NCBI GenBank assembly: GCA_001766825.1
Contig: LYOR01000001.1
Span: 30,945-94,944 of the forward strand
DNA: 64,000 nt
Source of the DNA: Candidatus Syntropharchaeum butanivorans
GTDB taxonomy: Archaea > Halobacteriota > Syntropharchaeia > Syntropharchaeales > Syntropharchaeaceae
Reading direction: 5' to 3'
Each line of letters opens with the position of its first letter. Positions within the stretch are counted from its first letter, which is position 1. The translations under genes and the position numbers were made by a program. Below, piece after piece: positions 58,453 to 64,000 of the stretch. The notes under the pieces are model-generated. The model saw nothing but the letters and a program-made list of their open reading frames with translations, made no database searches and was not told the DNA's origin.

Positions 58453-59418
58453 AGGAGGAATAAGCTCCACCCAGACTCCTCGATCCTCCTTCTTCGCGAG
58501 ATTATAAATAAGTTCTGCGGTTGCAGCATCCTGGATCGCAAGACCCGTCGAGTCAAAGAGTGTGATCTCATCAGCCCGGACCCTTCCAGGCTTCTTACCT
58601 GCAACAATCTCCCCAAGCTCAGCCCAGACGTGGTCCCGGGAGATGATCCCCCTCTTTAACGGAACGTTTATCTCACCACCGTTTGACGCCTGTTCGATCT
58701 CATCCACAACAACTTTTGCATCCTGAATTATTCTGGGATCAAGCTCCTGCTTACCGGGTGCATCAGACCCAATGGCATTGATGTGTGCCCCTTCACCGAT
58801 CCATTCCCGCCTTATGATCGGTTTTCTGGCGGGTGTAGTTGTTGAGAGGATGTCACATGCTGAGACCTCCTCAAGCGGTGCATAAACGATATTGTACCCT
58901 GAAGCATCTCTTTTAAGCTGCTGCATTTTCTCCTCTGAGATATCATATATCTTCACAAGATCGATATCAAAGACCTCAGATATCGCCAGAAGCTGTGACC
59001 TTGCCTGGACTCCACATCCCACAAGACCGAGTGTACTTGAATCGTTACGTGCAAGGTATTTTGAGGCAACGGCAGATGCAGCCCCGGTCCTGTACGTTGT
59101 AATGAGTGTTCCATCCATCACTGCAAGCGGGAAACCGGTTCTGGCATCATTCAGTATCACAACCGCCATCACAGTCGGATAACCACGGTTCTCTGGATGT
59201 GAGTTGACCCACTTGAGGGTTGCACATCTTCCGATCCGGGCAGGCATCGCCCTGAAATCCCCAGAAAACTCAGGGAGATCGAGGTAAACCTTCGGTGGCA
59301 TCCTGCACAACCCTTCTTCAAATCCTCTGAATGCGTTCTCAACAGCCTCGATTACCTTCTTCATCTCGATAAGGTCTTTGATATCCTTATGCATAAGTAT
59401 GAGCGTCTCTTCCCTCAT
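58438..59418 (-). CDS. ala: alanine dehydrogenase (ornithine cyclodeaminase/mu-crystallin family)
   Basis: MPPKVYL, DFRAMPA, KWVNSHP, RTGA, GCGVQA, HINAIG.D, FDSTGLAIQD. Confidence 0.9.
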   Translation of the reverse strand: MREETLILMHKDIKDLIEMKKVIEAVENAFRGFEEGLCRMPPKVYLDLPEFSGDFRAMPARIGRCATLKWVNSHPENRGYPTVMAVVILNDARTGFPLAVMDGTLITTYRTGAASAVASKYLARNDSSTLGLVGCGVQARSQLLAISEVFDIDLVKIYDISEEKMQQLKRDASGYNIVYAPLEEVSACDILSTTTPARKPIIRREWIGEGAHINAIGSDAPGKQELDPRIIQDAKVVVDEIEQASNGGEINVPLKRGIISRDHVWAELGEIVAGKKPGRVRADEITLFDSTGLAIQDAATAELIYNLAKKEDRGVWVELIPPAAVA

Positions 59419-60482
59419 TAAAAGACTTCCACTCTATCTTTTCTCATACAGGCAATGATATCAGAAGCTGTGGCCCTTCTGACGACGCTTCTAACCGGAT
59501 CTTTAAAGCCCTGCATATTTAAGCTTTTCCTGGATATAACTGTAATATCAGCATCTCTCCCCTCCATAATCCCGCAATATCCGGGATCAGCAAGGATCTT
59601 TCTCCCGTTTATCGTTGCCATTCTCAGAACCTCTCGATCATCAAGACGATAAACTTTTGAGAGAAACTCCATCTCTGTGAGAACGTCGGGCGAGTTCAGC
59701 ATCACGTTGTCAGTCCCGATACCGGTGAGAATTCCTGTATCAAGCATGCTAAGAAGGGGAGGTATCCCGACGCCGGTTAGAAGGTTTGACCTGATACAGA
59801 TGACAAGTGGGATATCAAGATCTGCCATCCGCCTGATATGACGTGTATCTGCATGGACCATATGTACAACGTGGTCAGGGTGAAGATCGAGCGCATCATC
59901 GATATCAGACCCATCGATCTCACCGGCATGGATTGCAAATGGCATACCGAGCTCTCTGGCCCGCTCTCTCATCTTTAAAAGCTCTTCTGGATCTGAATCA
60001 CCCGCCCCACTCACCCCGATACCATCCATAACATCCGGTGCAACCTCCTCCCTCCCAAATATCAGAGATTCAATGTTCATCCCGGATAAGGCAGCTCTCA
60101 GTGCCTCTGCACCGAAAGATCCCCCTTCCCTGAAGTCAGCAAAGAGTGATATCCCTGACCTTATCATCTGCATGATACTCACTCGCATCGAGTCTATGAG
60201 GGTCTCACGGTCAATATCTGCGAGAAGACGATGTTTCAGACCATGAGGTGGCTTCACAAGCTCATCAAGCGGCAGGTGTGGTGGATCTTTAAAAAACGAA
60301 TCTCCGATGTGTGTGTGTGCATTGACAAGCCCTGGTATGATGATCCCATCAATGACCGCATCAACCCCGCTTCCAGATCCAACCTCCTTTATGATCCCTT
60401 TCTCAACCACGAGGTATGAATCGGTCAGAACCTCAAGATCCTCCCCATATATGATGGTACCGGCCAGTATAACCTCACTCAT
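59418..60482 (-). CDS. metal-dependent amidohydrolase/deaminase
   Basis: NAHTHIGD, IHAGE, VHM, GTDN. Confidence 0.85.
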   Translation of the reverse strand: MSEVILAGTIIYGEDLEVLTDSYLVVEKGIIKEVGSGSGVDAVIDGIIIPGLVNAHTHIGDSFFKDPPHLPLDELVKPPHGLKHRLLADIDRETLIDSMRVSIMQMIRSGISLFADFREGGSFGAEALRAALSGMNIESLIFGREEVAPDVMDGIGVSGAGDSDPEELLKMRERARELGMPFAIHAGEIDGSDIDDALDLHPDHVVHMVHADTRHIRRMADLDIPLVICIRSNLLTGVGIPPLLSMLDTGILTGIGTDNVMLNSPDVLTEMEFLSKVYRLDDREVLRMATINGRKILADPGYCGIMEGRDADITVISRKSLNMQGFKDPVRSVVRRATASDIIACMRKDRVEVF

Positions 60483-62098
60483 AGACCAAGCTCAGAATGA
60501 AGCCAATCTCCAAGCTCATCGATCGCCACCCGGACCTGCTCCATCGAATCCCGGAATCTCACGGTGACGGTATCATCTTCAAGCGTCTCATAGTCGATCG
60601 TGATGCAGAAAGGTGTCCCAATTTCATCCTGTCGTCGGTATCTGCGTCCGATTGTGCCAGATGCATCATACTCAACGATAAGACCCTGCCTCCGAAGCTG
60701 GCGATGGACATCTCGCGCAACCTTGACAAGCTCATCTCTTGCACCAAGAAGCGGAAGTACACACGCCTGAATCGGTGCGATAGAAGGGAGAAGTCTCAGA
60801 ACCACCCTCCTCTCCCCTTCAACCTCCTCCTCACTGAATGCATGCTCCAGAACCGCATAGAAGATGCGATCTATCCCAAACGAGGGCTCAATAACATGTG
60901 GTATGAGCCGTTCACCGCTAACCTCCTCCCGCACCTTCACACACTCAAACATATCCGGTGTGATCGTAACCTCCCTCCCCTCAAGCTCAAGCACGATCTC
61001 CTGATCTCCCACCTCATCGGGATCCATCGCCTCAAGTGCTGCCACAATACGCTTCGCATCCTGCTTGAACCTTGGGCCGATCACCTCCATCTTCGGTTTT
61101 ATCTTCCGCTTTTCGATGACTTTTGGCTTATCGTAGGCCATAAAAACACCAAGATCCACTTTTGATGCTTCCTGGTGTGCCTTAAGGTCATAATCTGTCC
61201 TATCTGCAATTCCAACAACTTCGATCCAGCCCAATCGATCCAGCAGAACCTCAGCATCCCAGCAATCTGATGCATAGTGAGCCATCTCATCCAGCATATG
61301 CTGCCTGAACCTCAGACGATCCTCTGAGATCCCGACAGCTGTAAGGAAGCGATAAGTGAGGTGTATATGGTATGCAAGAAGTTCATGTGCGATTATACCC
61401 TCTCTCACAGCATCAGCAAGCCTCCAGCGTGTGGGTTCATCCGCACCCCGGGGGAGAAGGGTTAAGACCTCATCTTTCACAAGATCAAAGCCCGGGTGGG
61501 TTTTTTCCTGAGGATTTACAAAGATCTCAGCCTCTGCCTGTGTAAACTCCCGGAGCCGTATCAATCCCTGCCTCGGAGATATCTCATTTCTGAAAGCTTT
61601 TCCTATCTGTACAATCCCAAACGGTATCTTCTCCCTGAAGAACCTCAAAAGCCTCGGGAAATCCACAAAGATTCCCTGTGCAGTCTCAGGTCTCAGGTAC
61701 CCTGCCCGTTTTGATCCAGGGCCAATAAAGCTCTTAAACATCAGGTTGAACTCAAATACATCTCCAAGCTCACCATCACATACCGGACATCTATCCCCGA
61801 TATGATCGGCTCTGAAGAACTCCTTGCATGATTTACACTCAACGATTGGGTCTGTGAAGCTTGCAAGATGGCCCGAAGCACGAAATATCTCCTCAACTCC
61901 GATGATCGGTGTCTCGATCTCATAGAACCCCTCTCCAATGACGTAAAACCTCCGCCATAAATGCTCGATATTCCTCTTTAATGCCGCGCCCAGTGGACCA
62001 TAGTCATAGAAGCCCGCAGTCCCACCGTATATCTCAAAGGAGGGCCATAAAAAGCCTCTTCTCTTTGCAAGCTCCATGACCTCTTCATAGATGTCCAT
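60479..62098 (-). CDS. glyS: glycine--tRNA ligase (homodimeric archaeal/eukaryotic type)
   Basis: RRGF, YLRPETAQG, FRNEISPR, MAHYA.DCWD, VIEPSFGIDR; ATG 62098. Confidence 0.95.
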   Translation of the reverse strand: MDIYEEVMELAKRRGFLWPSFEIYGGTAGFYDYGPLGAALKRNIEHLWRRFYVIGEGFYEIETPIIGVEEIFRASGHLASFTDPIVECKSCKEFFRADHIGDRCPVCDGELGDVFEFNLMFKSFIGPGSKRAGYLRPETAQGIFVDFPRLLRFFREKIPFGIVQIGKAFRNEISPRQGLIRLREFTQAEAEIFVNPQEKTHPGFDLVKDEVLTLLPRGADEPTRWRLADAVREGIIAHELLAYHIHLTYRFLTAVGISEDRLRFRQHMLDEMAHYASDCWDAEVLLDRLGWIEVVGIADRTDYDLKAHQEASKVDLGVFMAYDKPKVIEKRKIKPKMEVIGPRFKQDAKRIVAALEAMDPDEVGDQEIVLELEGREVTITPDMFECVKVREEVSGERLIPHVIEPSFGIDRIFYAVLEHAFSEEEVEGERRVVLRLLPSIAPIQACVLPLLGARDELVKVARDVHRQLRRQGLIVEYDASGTIGRRYRRQDEIGTPFCITIDYETLEDDTVTVRFRDSMEQVRVAIDELGDWLHSELGL

Positions 62099-62152
62099 GA
62101 GCCAATTAAAGGTGGGATGGTTAAAATATCTTCTCCCATCCCTGTCCATCTT

Positions 62153-63835
62153 TTATGGAGCACTCATCCATCTTCTCAGAAGATAGATCGAGGACAGGAG
62201 GAGGAAGATCATGATGATGAGGATTATGACCATCTTCAGCGATATCCTGCCTCTATTCCAATCATCCAGAAACACATCACTGTAGTATTTACCGAGATCA
62301 GGGTTCTCGATGATGATCCCAATCTCCCTGTTGTATGTGGGGCTATGCCTGTTCCAGTTTATCGATGATATCAACACCTTCTTTCCATCTACGATAACAC
62401 CTTTATTATGGATCTTTCTGATTCCATCAAGCACGGCAAGCTTTGCTTCAAGATTCAGACCTTCACGGCGCGCGATACCATTCACATACCTGCATAGCTC
62501 ATCGTTATCATCACGCCCATCCAGATGGTACCACATCGAGTCAACGAGGATCTTGACCTCGACCCCTCTTCTTGCAGCATCAATTGCTGCCTCAAGGTAG
62601 GGGTTCTCACACTCCTCCCATCTTCTTCTTATGTAGGCCTGTTCGATGTAAAGCGTCTCATTTGCAGACTCAATCATCCTGATTATCGTATCGTAGTTGA
62701 GGCTGTTATCAGGTGCAATGATAAGCTCCATCCTGAAGCTCCCATTTATATCAATCGGATCAAAACCCCTTCTGTGGCGTGAAAAAATCTTTTTATCACG
62801 CTTTACTACTCCTTCTGGTAACTCTTCAACCTTTAAATCAATACCATGACCCCAGTCGTACTCAAAGACTGACAGAAGATCTGAAAAGATCTCCTCACTC
62901 CTTATAACAGCCCCCCACCCCCTGTTTCCAGCAAACCCCTGGGGTGGGAAGCCACCATCATTCCAGTTCTCAGATGAGATTATGACCGTATCATCATCGA
63001 TCAACGCATACTTCGCATGGTGGAGGCTGTAAAGCGTGGTATCTGCAAACCGCACGTGCCCACCATGAGCTGCAATCTCCCTGATGAGATCAAGCTCAAG
63101 CTCACTCACTCCCCCGACAGGATCCTGTTCCAGGAGAAGATACACTGTGCCACCCCGGTCAAGGGTATCAATGAGTGCACGCTCAATCTCATAGCTCTCA
63201 AATGTGTAAACACTCGCTCTGATGATAGACGCGTTCATGATCTCCCCAGTAAGCACTTCGAGGCTTGAGTCAGGTGATACAAAGGCTGTGATATTGCATG
63301 AGGCACTTCTTACAGGCGGCATGAAGTTTGACTGCCCCAGATAGTACTCCCGCAGTGGAAGCCACTCATAAGCAGTGTCTGTATCCTCATTGAGATAAAA
63401 TCTCCTGAATATACGGTTCTCTCTCGCTTTACCCAGCCCTCCACCACTCCATCCCTCTCCCTCGTAATCTGAGTCTCCGTAAATTACACAGTCGAGGATT
63501 TTTCCGTTCCTATCAAGTAATAAGACCTCATCCCCGCTGTTTTTTAGTGCAACCCCGCAGGATGGGAGGTCTATCCTGTATGAGGATCCTAGAGGTAGAT
63601 AGGTACATGGCGGTACTGTGATCCTCCCCTCCAGGTCTGTGATGACGAAGCCTGAGATGTTCATCCGCTGGTTCGTGGGGTTGGAGATTACAAGATACTC
63701 CCCTCGATCACCGGGTGTGGCAGGGTTTGGGAGAAGCTCAAGAATCACGGGGTGATCTATCGATGCGGATGATGGTATCGCGATACATGATAATAAAAGA
63801 AGAGAGATGATGAGTTGTGCAGGGTTAACCCTCAT
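62153..63835 (-). CDS. secreted, membrane-anchored phospholipase D-family protein with lamin-tail domain
   Basis: Signal peptide, I.E...NP...GEY..I.N and L.NSGD LTD motifs, two HxKxxxxD motifs, C-terminal TM. Confidence 0.88.
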   Translation of the reverse strand: MRVNPAQLIISLLLLSCIAIPSSASIDHPVILELLPNPATPGDRGEYLVISNPTNQRMNISGFVITDLEGRITVPPCTYLPLGSSYRIDLPSCGVALKNSGDEVLLLDRNGKILDCVIYGDSDYEGEGWSGGGLGKARENRIFRRFYLNEDTDTAYEWLPLREYYLGQSNFMPPVRSASCNITAFVSPDSSLEVLTGEIMNASIIRASVYTFESYEIERALIDTLDRGGTVYLLLEQDPVGGVSELELDLIREIAAHGGHVRFADTTLYSLHHAKYALIDDDTVIISSENWNDGGFPPQGFAGNRGWGAVIRSEEIFSDLLSVFEYDWGHGIDLKVEELPEGVVKRDKKIFSRHRRGFDPIDINGSFRMELIIAPDNSLNYDTIIRMIESANETLYIEQAYIRRRWEECENPYLEAAIDAARRGVEVKILVDSMWYHLDGRDDNDELCRYVNGIARREGLNLEAKLAVLDGIRKIHNKGVIVDGKKVLISSINWNRHSPTYNREIGIIIENPDLGKYYSDVFLDDWNRGRISLKMVIILIIMIFLLLSSIYLLRRWMSAP

Positions 63836-64000
63836 AAAGCACGCTTCCTCCAGCTATCACAATGCGTATATCATCTCTTGATGAAAGATAGACGTTGTAT
63901 GGGTCATCTTTCTCGGTTGTAACCGCTATAATATCCGCACACTTACCGGGCTCAAGCGATCCTGTCTGATCCTCCATCCCCAGTGCCTTTGCCCCATTTA
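63825..64000 (-). CDS. amidohydrolase family protein, C-terminal part (truncated by window)
   Basis: NGAKALG...TGSLEPGKCADII...VIAGG. Confidence 0.8.
   Translation of the reverse strand, partial: NGAKALGMEDQTGSLEPGKCADIIAVTTEKDDPYNVYLSSRDDIRIVIAGGSVLYEG

Noticed and set aside
1-64000. CRISPR arrays, rRNA genes, IS transposases; many long antisense ORFs
   Set aside because: No regularly spaced repeats, rRNA signatures or transposase motifs seen; antisense ORFs are shadows of real genes

Overview
Archaeal chromosomal window, inferred from gene content to be Halobacteriota (Methanosarcinales/ANME/Ca. Syntrophoarchaeum-like). Evidence includes MtxX, Fwd-like subunits, CetZ, EgsA, IDI-2, RadB and archaeal AspRS/ThrRS/GlyRS. 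About 1-44.8 kb and 58.4-64 kb are dense housekeeping genes with several oddities: an RsbS-RsbT-RsbX stressosome module, tRNA-Trp with a box C/D guide intron, an FwdB paralogue lacking the metal-ligand Cys-His, a B12 acyl-CoA mutase with non-standard specificity residues, and a QueG/RdhA-like corrinoid protein missing one Fe-S motif in an operon with a 4xCxxC protein and a 521-aa orphan. The main discovery is a complete ~11.45-kb element (46940-58392) integrated in the 3' end of tRNA-Thr(CGT) and bounded by a 13-bp direct repeat. It encodes an intact tyrosine integrase, a divergent wHTH/RHH switch, a primase-Cys cluster-helicase fusion, two very basic overlapping ORFs joined by a candidate -1 slippery site, a strongly promoted two-helix hydrophobic protein resembling spindle-virus major capsid proteins, and a hairpin-rich non-coding tract. 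No packaging ATPase or adhesin is recognisable, so it is a candidate minimal spindle-shaped provirus or satellite. All family calls are by motif recognition only; no searches were run.
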